Shown piece by piece: positions 1 to 8,488 of a stretch of DNA of 64,000 bases; position 1 is the first letter of the stretch, and every line of letters begins with the position of its first letter. The position numbers and the translations under genes were made by a program. Location: positions 1,984,001-2,048,000 of the forward strand of contig OZ244937.1 in assembly GCA_965222075.1 (NCBI GenBank). The letters are read 5' to 3'. A model generated the notes under the pieces. It ran no database searches. It was not told the DNA's origin and saw only the letters and a program-made list of their open reading frames with translations. Source of the DNA: Candidatus Latescibacterota bacterium. Its GTDB lineage: Bacteria; Latescibacterota; UBA2968; GCA-2709665.

Positions 1-649
1 TAATCATATCATCGGGACCCAGAAAATCGGGGTGCCGCGCCGGGCTGCGCTGGTCCACCCCGATTGGCAAATCGCGCTGTTCGGCAATCGTGTCCAGCAC
101 CTTTGAGCCCAGCAGCAGCCCGCCCGTCCCCGGCTTTGCGCCCTGTCCGATCGTCAGCTCGATCCCGTCCGCCACCCGCAGGTCGTGGACATCGATGCCG
201 TATCGAGACGGCAGGACCTCGTAGATCAGCACCCTGCTGTGCTCACGTTCCGCCTTCAGCATCCCTCCGTCCCCGGTCGTATTCGACGACCCCACGATAT
301 TCGCCCCCTTTGCCAGGGCGACTTTGGCATTGTAGGAAAGCGCCCCCCAACTCATGCCCGTAATCATAATCGGCGTGTCGAGTGCAATCGGCTTTTCGGC
401 AAAGCGCGTGCCCAGCACCGTCCTGGCCGAGCAGCGCTCCCGGTAGCCCTCCAGCGGGATGCGCGTCAACGTACAGGGGATAAAGGTCAGATCGTCAAAC
501 GTTGCCCACCGCCGCTCCCGGAGCGTCCCGAACCCCCGGATGCGATAGCGCCCCAGGTCCGCCTTCACCTGGATATCTTCAATCACATCCGGCGTAAACG
601 TCCCGCTGGCTTTGAGGGGATGGTAGCCGCTTGGGGTGTCTTCAGACAT
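1..649 (-). CDS. glxD: FMN-binding glutamate synthase family protein (GlxD/MgsC-like), runs off the window edge
   Basis: Not in the ORF track. Manual translation from ATG 649: MSEDTPSGYHPLKASGTF...FDDLTFIP...PIMITGMSWGALS...TTGDGGM...IELTIGQGAKPGTGGLLLG, the GltS FMN-domain motifs. Follows glxB/glxC-like genes. Confidence 0.88.
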   Translation of the reverse strand, partial: MSEDTPSGYHPLKASGTFTPDVIEDIQVKADLGRYRIRGFGTLRERRWATFDDLTFIPCTLTRIPLEGYRERCSARTVLGTRFAEKPIALDTPIMITGMSWGALSYNAKVALAKGANIVGSSNTTGDGGMLKAEREHSRVLIYEVLPSRYGIDVHDLRVADGIELTIGQGAKPGTGGLLLGSKVLDTIAEQRDLPIGVDQRSPARHPDFLGPDDMI

Positions 650-706
650 AAAGTGATCCTGTCTTTTGAAGGCTCGTACCTGGTGAAGCGGGATCACGAA
701 CGACGC

Positions 707-1411
707 TCAAAGCGCCTCCCGCCACACCGCTCGCTCGTCCTTGTCAAAATTCCACAGCTTGCGTCCGGAAACGACCTTTTTGAAGCTCCGCCCGTCCATT
801 TGCCCGGCCTTCTCGGGAAGGTGTTGAGACAGCGTCTTTTCAAGAAGAGCCAGATCTTTTTCTGTCGGTTCTTCAACAACCGCGTCGTTTCCCAGCTCGG
901 CGATATTGCCGCCCACAAAGCAGACGGTTTCGTACATCGAATCGCCCAATGCCGTGCCCGTATCCCCGCAGACAATCAGCGTCCCTTTCTGTCCCATAAA
1001 CCCCGCCATATACCCGCAGTTGCCCCCCACAACAACCAGCCCGCCCTTCATCGCAACCCCCAGCCGGGCCGCTGCATGGCCGTGAATAACGATGGTGCCG
1101 CCCCGGATCGACGCCCCTGTACCGTTCCCCGTGCTGCCGTGGACCACCACCCTACCGTCCATCATGGACTCGGCCAGCCCCCACCCGGCGCTCCCCTCGA
1201 CCTCCACCGTGGCGCCGGCGATCATACCCGCGCAGTAATAGCCAACGCTGCCGTCGAACCTGATGCGCACGGACTCCAGGATCGCCACGCCCAGATTGTG
1301 CCTTGCACCGGGGCCTTTGACAAGAATATCCGCCTCCCCCTGTGCAATAAGCCCCTTGATTTTCCGGTTGATCTCGCGGATCGTTTTGCCCTCACAGACT
1401 ATCTCTGCCAT
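707..1411 (-). CDS. glxC: GXGXG beta-helix glutamate synthase subunit (GlxC/MgsB-like)
   Basis: Repeated GxxGxxxG motifs (GSVGYYCAG, GNCGYMAGFMGQKG); lies between a class II GATase and the FMN subunit. Confidence 0.85.
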   Translation of the reverse strand: MAEIVCEGKTIREINRKIKGLIAQGEADILVKGPGARHNLGVAILESVRIRFDGSVGYYCAGMIAGATVEVEGSAGWGLAESMMDGRVVVHGSTGNGTGASIRGGTIVIHGHAAARLGVAMKGGLVVVGGNCGYMAGFMGQKGTLIVCGDTGTALGDSMYETVCFVGGNIAELGNDAVVEEPTEKDLALLEKTLSQHLPEKAGQMDGRSFKKVVSGRKLWNFDKDERAVWREAL

Positions 1412-2307
1412 ATCCTCACGTCCTTTGCCTGTGCCTCGTCAACCTTGTAGGCGCCCTCAAAGGCAGCGCGTATCGCGATCTCTTCCGTAGCAACGGCAAC
1501 AAATGTATCGGTTTCGGTAAACAGCAGCGGTTTGAGGGCAAACGGGTCTCTGGCAAAACCGATCGCATCGGGCGTTGCCGCAAGATAGCTGAACGAACCG
1601 TCCAGATCGACCAGCGAGGCCTCCAGCGCCTCCTTCAATCCCATCTCCTGAGACAAACGATCGGCGAGGTACACACCGATGATCTCGGAGTCGTTCTCGG
1701 TGTAAAACCGGACGCCCCGCTGTTCGTACCGCCGACGCATCTTGTGATAGTTGGTGATATGCCCGTTGTGCACAATCGCCAGATCGGGATAGCCGTGCGC
1801 CCAGAAGGGCTGAGAGTGGCTCAAATCGATGCGGGACTCGGTAGAAAGCCGCGTGTGTCCGATCCCGTGGGTGCCCGTGAACGCGGAGACCCCGTAGGTC
1901 GCGTCCAGGTTCTGGGGCGACCCCACCTGCTTGACGATTTCCAGCCGGTGCCCCATGCTTACCACCTCGATGCCTTCGCCTGCGGACTCAACAAGACGCT
2001 CCAGTTGCCGGGCATCCTCCTGATCCTCCACCACGAGGCGCATGTACTCTGCGGTCGTAGAAGCATCACGCACCGAACCCGACGTCTGAACCCGCTGCGA
2101 GACCTGCGCCGCCCTTTCGTCAAAGGCGCCGTTTTCACCCAGGCTGATCCTGAGCACCAGGTCTCCGTTGCGCCCCCCCCCGTAAAGCGCCACACCTGCC
2201 GAATCGGGGCCCCGGCAGTCCAGGGCGTTCAGCATCTTGAGAATGGTCTGCCCCACCGCCGCGGATTCGTTTCCGGTCCTGTCCAGAAAACCTGAGATAC
2301 CGCACAT
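1399..2307 (-). CDS. glxB: class II glutamine amidotransferase (GlxB/MgsA-like)
   Basis: Start MCGISG at 2307 (N-terminal nucleophile Cys); RGPDSAG, GHTRLST, HNGHITN, NDSE motifs. Confidence 0.88.
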   Translation of the reverse strand: MCGISGFLDRTGNESAAVGQTILKMLNALDCRGPDSAGVALYGGGRNGDLVLRISLGENGAFDERAAQVSQRVQTSGSVRDASTTAEYMRLVVEDQEDARQLERLVESAGEGIEVVSMGHRLEIVKQVGSPQNLDATYGVSAFTGTHGIGHTRLSTESRIDLSHSQPFWAHGYPDLAIVHNGHITNYHKMRRRYEQRGVRFYTENDSEIIGVYLADRLSQEMGLKEALEASLVDLDGSFSYLAATPDAIGFARDPFALKPLLFTETDTFVAVATEEIAIRAAFEGAYKVDEAQAKDVRIWQR

Positions 2308-2394
2308 ACGCGCTTTCTCCTCAAACGTGACGAAATCCCCCCTCTCGATGCACACAACGGATGATACACCGGATGGGCCAAAAGTCAAGCGAAA

Positions 2395-2660
2395 TCCCTC
2401 TTTCTCTTACGCCTCCCCCGCCTCCGGGGCGGGGGGAAGGGGCTTTTCCGCGCAGATCCCCCCAGCACCTGCGCCCAAAAACGCCCAAAAGGTCCGCAGG
2501 GCAGAAGCGCCTGCTTCCACCACAGGGGCAATTCGCGGAAAAGCAGCCCCCGCGGCGTCTGAGCGGCGCCCTTCTTTTTCGGCCTTTTTCTTGGGCGAAC
2601 AAGAAAAAGGCCTCGCCGAAGGCATGAGAAGGGTGTGGAGGGGTTGCGGATAACGGAGAC
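2395..2660. repeat. intergenic mosaic of short palindromes (REP/BIME-like)
   Basis: Perfect 13-bp stem GGCCTTTTTCTTG/CAAGAAAAAGGCC at 2581-2612; CCCCCGCC..GGCGGGGG near 2415-2435; GAAGC/GCTTC near 2503-2516. Confidence 0.5.
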
Positions 2661-2823
2661 CCAAAGGTTATTTTCCAACCAGGTTCCTTAAGATATATCC
2701 GATTCGCATCCGTGTCAATCTCCAGGTGCGTTGTTGGCCTGAAACCACTTGCCTGTTCTGGTCCTTCTGGCTATCTTGACCCTGCCGGAAGCAAAAACCT
2801 CAAAAAAAGCAACGGGAGCAGGC

Positions 2824-4305
2824 ATGGCGCACACCGCAACCTACCTGGCCTATGACCTCGGCGCCTCCAGCGGGCGGGCCGTTGTGGGGCGGTTCGACGG
2901 GGCGCGCATCGCCCTGGAGGAGGTTCACCGGTTCTCCAACGGACCCATCCCCGTATCGGACGGCCTCTACTGGGATGTCCTGCGGCTTTTCCAGGAGATG
3001 ATTCAGGGCCTCAGGCGCTGCGTGCAGGCCTGCGGGAAGGACCTGATGGGCATCGGCATCGACACCTGGGGCGTCGACTTTGCCCTTTTAGACGGTCGGG
3101 ACGACCTGCTGGGCAATCCCCGCTGCTACCGGGATGCCCGCGTGCAGGGCATGATGGAAGCGGCCTTCGACCGGGTACCTAAGGAGGAAATCTTCGACCG
3201 CACCGGCGTCCAGTTCTTAGAGATCAACACCCTCTACCACCTCCTGGCCATGTCCGTCCGGAACGCTCCGCAGCTCCAGATCGCCCGGACCTTTCTGATG
3301 ATGCCCGACCTCTTCAACTTCTGGCTGACAGGCCGCAAAGTCTGTGAGTTCTCCAACGCCACCACCACCCAATTTTACGACCCCCGCCGGCAAAACTGGG
3401 CCATCGATCTCCTCCAGCGGCTGGAGATCCCCACCGACATGCTCCCCGAAATCGTCCCCCCAGGCACCTCTCTGGGGGCCCTGCGCCCTGCGATAGCCGA
3501 TGAGGTTGGCATTCGATCCGCCGAAGTCATCGCCCCGGCCTGCCACGACACCGGCTCGGCTGTTGCGGCTGTGCCCATGCAGCGTTCCGATTCCCTCTAC
3601 ATCAGCTGCGGCACCTGGGCGCTGATGGGCGCCGAACTCGCCCAACCGGCCATCACCCGGGCAGCCCTGGCCCACAACTTCACCAACGAAGGCGGCGTCT
3701 GCAACACCTTCCGCTTCCTCAAAAACATCTCCGGCCTCTGGCCGGTACAGGAATGCAAGCGTATCTGGTCACGCGACGGCCGCAACTTCTCCTACGACGA
3801 CCTCACCCGCCTGGCCTCCGAGGCCCGCCCCCTCGCCGCCTTTGTCGACCCCGACCACGCCGACTTCTTTGCCCCGGGCGACATGCCCGCCCGCATCCGG
3901 GCGTTCTGCAAGCGCACCGGCCAGCCCGAACCGGATACCGAAGGCGCCGTCATCCGCTGCGCCTTAGAAAGCCTCGCCCTGAAATTCCGCCATATCCTCG
4001 ACCAGCTCGAAGAGACCCTTGGCAAAGGGATGAGTAGCATTCACATCGTGGGCGGCGGCACCCGGAACACCCTCCTCTGCCGGTTTACTGCAAACGCCAC
4101 CGGCCGCCCCGTCGTCGCCGGTCCGGTCGAGGCCACCGCCCTTGGCAACATCCTGGTTCAGGCCCTGGCCCGGGGCCAGGTCGGGTCGCTGGCCGAAATC
4201 CGCGAAATCGTCCGCAACTCCACCGACCTGGTCACCTACGAACCCCGCGCAACAGACGCCTGGAACGAGGCCTACGGCCGGTTCCTCAAGCTTCCGAATC
4301 TCTAA
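2824..4305 (+). CDS. rhaB: rhamnulokinase / FGGY-family carbohydrate kinase
   Basis: DLGASSGR, GIDTWGVD, HDTGSA, FTNEGG, IVGGG, GPVEATALGN motifs; start MAHT at 2824 after GGGAG. Confidence 0.85.
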   Translation: MAHTATYLAYDLGASSGRAVVGRFDGARIALEEVHRFSNGPIPVSDGLYWDVLRLFQEMIQGLRRCVQACGKDLMGIGIDTWGVDFALLDGRDDLLGNPRCYRDARVQGMMEAAFDRVPKEEIFDRTGVQFLEINTLYHLLAMSVRNAPQLQIARTFLMMPDLFNFWLTGRKVCEFSNATTTQFYDPRRQNWAIDLLQRLEIPTDMLPEIVPPGTSLGALRPAIADEVGIRSAEVIAPACHDTGSAVAAVPMQRSDSLYISCGTWALMGAELAQPAITRAALAHNFTNEGGVCNTFRFLKNISGLWPVQECKRIWSRDGRNFSYDDLTRLASEARPLAAFVDPDHADFFAPGDMPARIRAFCKRTGQPEPDTEGAVIRCALESLALKFRHILDQLEETLGKGMSSIHIVGGGTRNTLLCRFTANATGRPVVAGPVEATALGNILVQALARGQVGSLAEIREIVRNSTDLVTYEPRATDAWNEAYGRFLKLPNL

Positions 4306-7300
4306 AACAACGAAAGCTGCCCGGCTGCCTTTTCCTTCCGCCCCGGCGGCTCCAGGTGCTCCTGGTGAATGAGGTCCGCTGGAATGTCCCGAACAAACGG
4401 TGAAACCTCCGGCCGAATACGCTGGCCGTAGCGCAGCCTGCTCCGGGCGCTTAAAAGCACCACCTCGTCCCGTGCCCGCGTCAGCCCCACGTAAAACAGC
4501 CGGCGTTCCTCGGCCAGGTCCGCGCCCCGCTCCCGGTATGGAATCAGACCGTCCTCCACCCCGCAGATAAACACCACCGCGAACTCCAGCCCCTTGGCCG
4601 CGTGGAGCGTCATCAGCGTCACCGCCTCCGGCCGACCATCCCCACCTGCCCGCTCGTAGTCCGCCTCCCGCCCCATCAGCACCGTATCCAGCAGCTGCTC
4701 CATCGAAGGCGTGTTCGCCGCCACCCGGACCAGGCATTCGAAATCGGAATCGCCCCCGGCGCCGAATTCCTCCTGCCACTGCCCCAGCAGGTCCTCCGGA
4801 CGCCCCGCCACTGCCAGGCTTCGGAACCGCCCGGCCGCTTCTTTAAGCGTCGCGGCCTTCCGGGCAGCCGCCGGAGGCAGATCCTCGACACGCGCGTTGG
4901 CAAGCGCACCCTCTCCTGCGCGGCTTCGCAGCCGGGCAAGCGTGGCCCGGCCCGGGTGAAACGGCGGCAGTGCAAGGGCATTCAGAAACCGCAGGTCTCC
5001 CCCCCCGCGGAGGGCATAGCGGAAAAAGGCCAGGGCCTGGCGCACCGGCTCGGCCTCCAAAAAACCCTTCTGCCCCACAATCCGATAGGGCAATCCCTCC
5101 TGCAGAAAACAGGTCTCCAGTTCATCGGCCTGCCGTCCGGTCCGGAAAAGCACCCCGAAATCGCCAAAACTCCTTGCCGCCTCACCCCCGCTGCCTCCGG
5201 TTGCCCGATTGTCGGACTGGAGCATATCGGCCCCGCCTACCATCCGACCGATCTCCCGCACCACGGCAATCCCTTCGGCCGTCTCGCCCGGCACCGAAAG
5301 CAGCCGGCATCTGACCCCCTCGCCCCGTGCGGCAACCAGCGCCACCGGTTGCCGGCCTGCCTGCGTGCGTGAGTCAGCACGCGCAGGCAGGTCCGCATTG
5401 TGAGCAATCACCGCGCAAGCCGCACGCACGATCTGCCCGGTCGAACGGTAGGTCGTCTCCAGCACGACCTTGTGCGCAGACGGAAAATCCTCGAAAACCG
5501 AGGCAAAGTACGCCGGACTTGCCCCCCGAAACCCGTAAATCGCCTGGTCGGCATCTCCGATCACAAACAGCCCTTCCCCCTCACCTGCCATCATCCTCAC
5601 CAGGCGGTACTGCACCGCGTTCACATCCTGAAACTCGTCTACGAGCACGTGGCGAAAACGCTTCCGAACCCCCTCCAGCGCCTCCGCATCCACCTCCAGC
5701 AGTTCGAGCAGATCCAGAAGGACATCGTCGTAGTCCCGAACCCCGTAAGCCTCCAGCCGCTCCTGGTAGGCCCGGTAGACTGCCCGCAGATCGTCGCCTC
5801 CCTCAAACGCATCCGGCCTCACCCCCTTCGCCTTCGCCAGCGAAACGGCCGCCTCTGCATCGGCCCGGGAAACCGGGCGCCCGGCGCTGGAAATCGCATC
5901 GGCCAGGATCTCCCGGGCCTCCACCTCATCCACCACATCCTGAGACCCTTCCGGATGGTAGACCTTCAGCAGATCCAGTGCCACACTGTGAAACGTTCCC
6001 ACCCTCAGCGCTTCCAGCCCCTCAACCTCCGGCAGCAGCTCCCGGATGCGTCTGCGCACCTCCTCTGCCGACCGGTTCGTAAACGTCACTGCCAGGACCG
6101 CTCCGGGAGGGACGCCTCGCTCCCGGAGCAGATAGGCCGCCCGGTGCGTCAACACCCGCGTCTTGCCCGTCCCCGGCCCGGCCACGACCACCACCGGCCC
6201 GGCCGCCGACCGCACCGCCGCCCCCTGCCGATCATCCAGCCCCTCGCCCGTTCCTGCCTGCGCCGGATGCTCGGCAGGCAGGCAGGTTTCAGGTTGCCCT
6301 GTTCCCTCCTCCGTCAACCCGGGAGCTGGAACCTTGAACCCGGAACGCGCTTTCCTTTCCGGCCGGCCTGCCGGCAAGGCAGGGGCAGGGAGCACGGCGC
6401 AGGCAGGCATCTCAAACAGCGTCCCCTGCCCGCTCATCAGCGCCCGGTCCGCCTCTGAGAAGACCTGAATTTCGCCGTATACCCCGTCGTACCCGGCCAC
6501 AATCTCCACTTCTCCCGCCCGCATCCGGCGCACCCCCTCCGCCACCAGCGGTTGCCCGCAGCGGGCGACCTCCTCTACCGGAACCGTCCGCAGGATGTGA
6601 AGCTCCGGTCCCAGGTCGGCCAGCAGCCGGTGATAGACCGTCTGCACCTTCTTGCTGGTTGGCCCCACGCCCAGGGCCGATCCGATAATCTCGGGCAGCG
6701 GAATCAGGTTCTCGTAAGGCCGTGTCCCCTCCGACCGCGCTCCCTCCGACCGGTCGGCCAGGGCCTCCACCCGGTGGAGCACCCCCACCGTCAGCTTGCC
6801 TCCACAGACCGGACAGACCCCCTTGGCGGCAAGCGTCTCCACCGGCTTCCAGCGCACCTCACATTTCCGGTGGCCGTCCCAGTGGTACTTGCCCTCCTCA
6901 GGGTAAAACTCCAGCGTACCCAGAAATCGGTCCGGGTCCCGCGTCTTCAGCGCGTCGTAAATTGCGCCATAGGAAAGCTCGGTATCAAAACACGTCCCCT
7001 CCCGCGCCAGCTTCTGCGGCGAATGCGCGTCCGAATTGGAGACAATCGCGTAGCGGTCCAGCATGGACAGCCGCCAGTTCATCGGCGGATCGGAAGACAG
7101 CCCCGTCTCCACCGCGAAGATATGGGGCAGCATATCCTCGAAGCAGGCCTCCAGGCTGTCGAACCCCGAGCTGGACCCTAAAACCGCGAAGTGGGGCGTC
7201 CAGATGTGCGCCGGGATAAAGAGCACATCCGCACACGCCTCCAGGCAGATCTCCACCAGGTCCCGGCTGTCCAGCCCCAGAATCGGCCGTCCGTCCGACG

Positions 7301-7697
7301 CCAGGTTGCCGATCTCCGAAAGCCGGGCGTTCAGCCGCTCGACCGCCTCAAAATCGGGCATCAGCACCATGTGGTGAACCTTCCGGGTCCTGCCATCCTT
7401 CTTGTAAATCACACTGATCTCGGTCGAAAGCAGGAACCGCACCTCCCCCCGGCAGGTCGGGTACAGCTCGGCCTCAACCGGCGCGCGGAATTCATCCTTC
7501 AACCGGTAAAGCCCCGCCTCCGCCGGCGCCAGCTGCTCCTTCAGCTCCGCGATCCAGGCCGGATGGGTAAAGTCCCCCGTTCCCACAACCGTCAGCCCCT
7601 TGAGAGATCCCCATTTATAAAGGTTCTCCGGATTCAGCGCCCTGCTGGTGGCCCGGGCGAACCGGGAATGCAGGTGTAGATCGGCAACAAAACGCAT
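4302..7697 (-). CDS. PHP/endonuclease Q-like domain fused to UvrD/Rep SF1 helicase
   Basis: N-terminal DLHLHS, GTGDFTHP, PAHIWTP, NSDAHS, CPVCG; C-terminal AGPGTGKT, DEFQD, GDADQAIYGFRGA, TLHAAKGLEF, EERRLFYVGLTRA. Confidence 0.9.
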   Translation of the reverse strand: MRFVADLHLHSRFARATSRALNPENLYKWGSLKGLTVVGTGDFTHPAWIAELKEQLAPAEAGLYRLKDEFRAPVEAELYPTCRGEVRFLLSTEISVIYKKDGRTRKVHHMVLMPDFEAVERLNARLSEIGNLASDGRPILGLDSRDLVEICLEACADVLFIPAHIWTPHFAVLGSSSGFDSLEACFEDMLPHIFAVETGLSSDPPMNWRLSMLDRYAIVSNSDAHSPQKLAREGTCFDTELSYGAIYDALKTRDPDRFLGTLEFYPEEGKYHWDGHRKCEVRWKPVETLAAKGVCPVCGGKLTVGVLHRVEALADRSEGARSEGTRPYENLIPLPEIIGSALGVGPTSKKVQTVYHRLLADLGPELHILRTVPVEEVARCGQPLVAEGVRRMRAGEVEIVAGYDGVYGEIQVFSEADRALMSGQGTLFEMPACAVLPAPALPAGRPERKARSGFKVPAPGLTEEGTGQPETCLPAEHPAQAGTGEGLDDRQGAAVRSAAGPVVVVAGPGTGKTRVLTHRAAYLLRERGVPPGAVLAVTFTNRSAEEVRRRIRELLPEVEGLEALRVGTFHSVALDLLKVYHPEGSQDVVDEVEAREILADAISSAGRPVSRADAEAAVSLAKAKGVRPDAFEGGDDLRAVYRAYQERLEAYGVRDYDDVLLDLLELLEVDAEALEGVRKRFRHVLVDEFQDVNAVQYRLVRMMAGEGEGLFVIGDADQAIYGFRGASPAYFASVFEDFPSAHKVVLETTYRSTGQIVRAACAVIAHNADLPARADSRTQAGRQPVALVAARGEGVRCRLLSVPGETAEGIAVVREIGRMVGGADMLQSDNRATGGSGGEAARSFGDFGVLFRTGRQADELETCFLQEGLPYRIVGQKGFLEAEPVRQALAFFRYALRGGGDLRFLNALALPPFHPGRATLARLRSRAGEGALANARVEDLPPAAARKAATLKEAAGRFRSLAVAGRPEDLLGQWQEEFGAGGDSDFECLVRVAANTPSMEQLLDTVLMGREADYERAGGDGRPEAVTLMTLHAAKGLEFAVVFICGVEDGLIPYRERGADLAEERRLFYVGLTRARDEVVLLSARSRLRYGQRIRPEVSPFVRDIPADLIHQEHLEPPGRKEKAAGQLSLF
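5356..5391. repeat. 36-bp CCTGCCTGC...GCAGGCAGG palindromic element inside the UvrD gene
   Basis: cctgcctgcgtgcgtgagtcagcacgcgcaggcagg; removal gives HNADRQPVAL. Confidence 0.85.
6253..6282. repeat. 30-bp palindromic element in the PHP-UvrD linker
   Basis: cctgcctgcgccggatgctcggcaggcagg, identical to 63384-63413. Confidence 0.85.
6363..6407. repeat. 45-bp composite palindromic element in the PHP-UvrD linker
   Basis: Minus strand cctgcctgcgccgtgctccctgcccctgccttgccggcaggccgg (PACAVLPAPALPAGR); one arm has a mismatch. Confidence 0.65.
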
Positions 7698-7942
7698 GGA
7701 AAATCCCCTGACCTGGAAAAAACCGACAGAGACGAACCGTGGCCCATAGGTCTCCTCTATCGAAAAGAGCACACAAAGACAATATCTCACCGCGTCAGAA
7801 CGGTTCCTGTGATCAGACAATATAAGAAAATAATTCCCGCAAGTAATGTTCAAAATAAATGGATGGACACCGTCCGGACGCCCATCCATTTCCATTGAGA
7901 AGTTGCTTGTCGGGTCAGGATTCTGAAGTCGATTTAACCTGC

Positions 7943-8482
7943 CTAAGCGCTTCGAGTTTGTTTTGAAGCTCTCGCTCGAAGAGCGCCAATCCGGCCGGCG
8001 AACCGCATATAGACAAACACCGGCTTCGGCGTGATGATCAATTCCGGTATTAGGGCGTGATGCGTGTTCTTCATAGTCACCCCGACGGCGTGGAACCCGT
8101 ATTTTTGACTCAGGGACACAATCTCGGATGTCCTGTCGTAGGTCATCAAGAAATCCGTGCCGCTGTCGGCAAGCATCTCAAACAGCCGCGGATGATCTAT
8201 CTCGTTGTGGGCGTAAAGCCGTCTGCCCGCGCGCTTGCCGCCGGCCGTATATGGCGGGTCTACGAAAATCACCTCGGCACCACTGGCGTCTGACCTGCCT
8301 GCCGCGCTATGCTTGGCGCAGGCAGGTCCATAACCGCGGTTGGCCAACAACTCCTCCAGCAACTGCATGCCGTCCGTTTCCCGAAAGTCGATGCGGTCTG
8401 CGTGCCGCCCAATCTCCCGCAAGCGATTCACAATGGTTTCGGGATACCAACGGGACGCGTCGAAACCCGAAGGCCTGGACAC
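7943..8482 (-). pseudogene. 5'-truncated Dam/D12-type DNA adenine methyltransferase remnant
   Basis: IFVDPPY catalytic motif plus FLMTYD and ELII; the N-terminal SAM-binding FxGxG half is missing; abuts the stop of the upstream gene. Confidence 0.7.
8294..8326. repeat. 33-bp palindromic element inside the methyltransferase remnant
   Basis: cctgcctgccgcgctatgcttggcgcaggcagg (reads PACAKHSAAGR on the minus strand). Confidence 0.85.
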
Positions 8483-8488
8483 CTCTTT

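Noticed and set aside
185-1450. 421-aa plus-strand ORF, and similar long antisense ORFs such as 50203-53049, 58314-60092 and 43350-44684
   Set aside because: Shadow ORFs opposite well-supported genes in high-GC DNA, with no recognisable motifs
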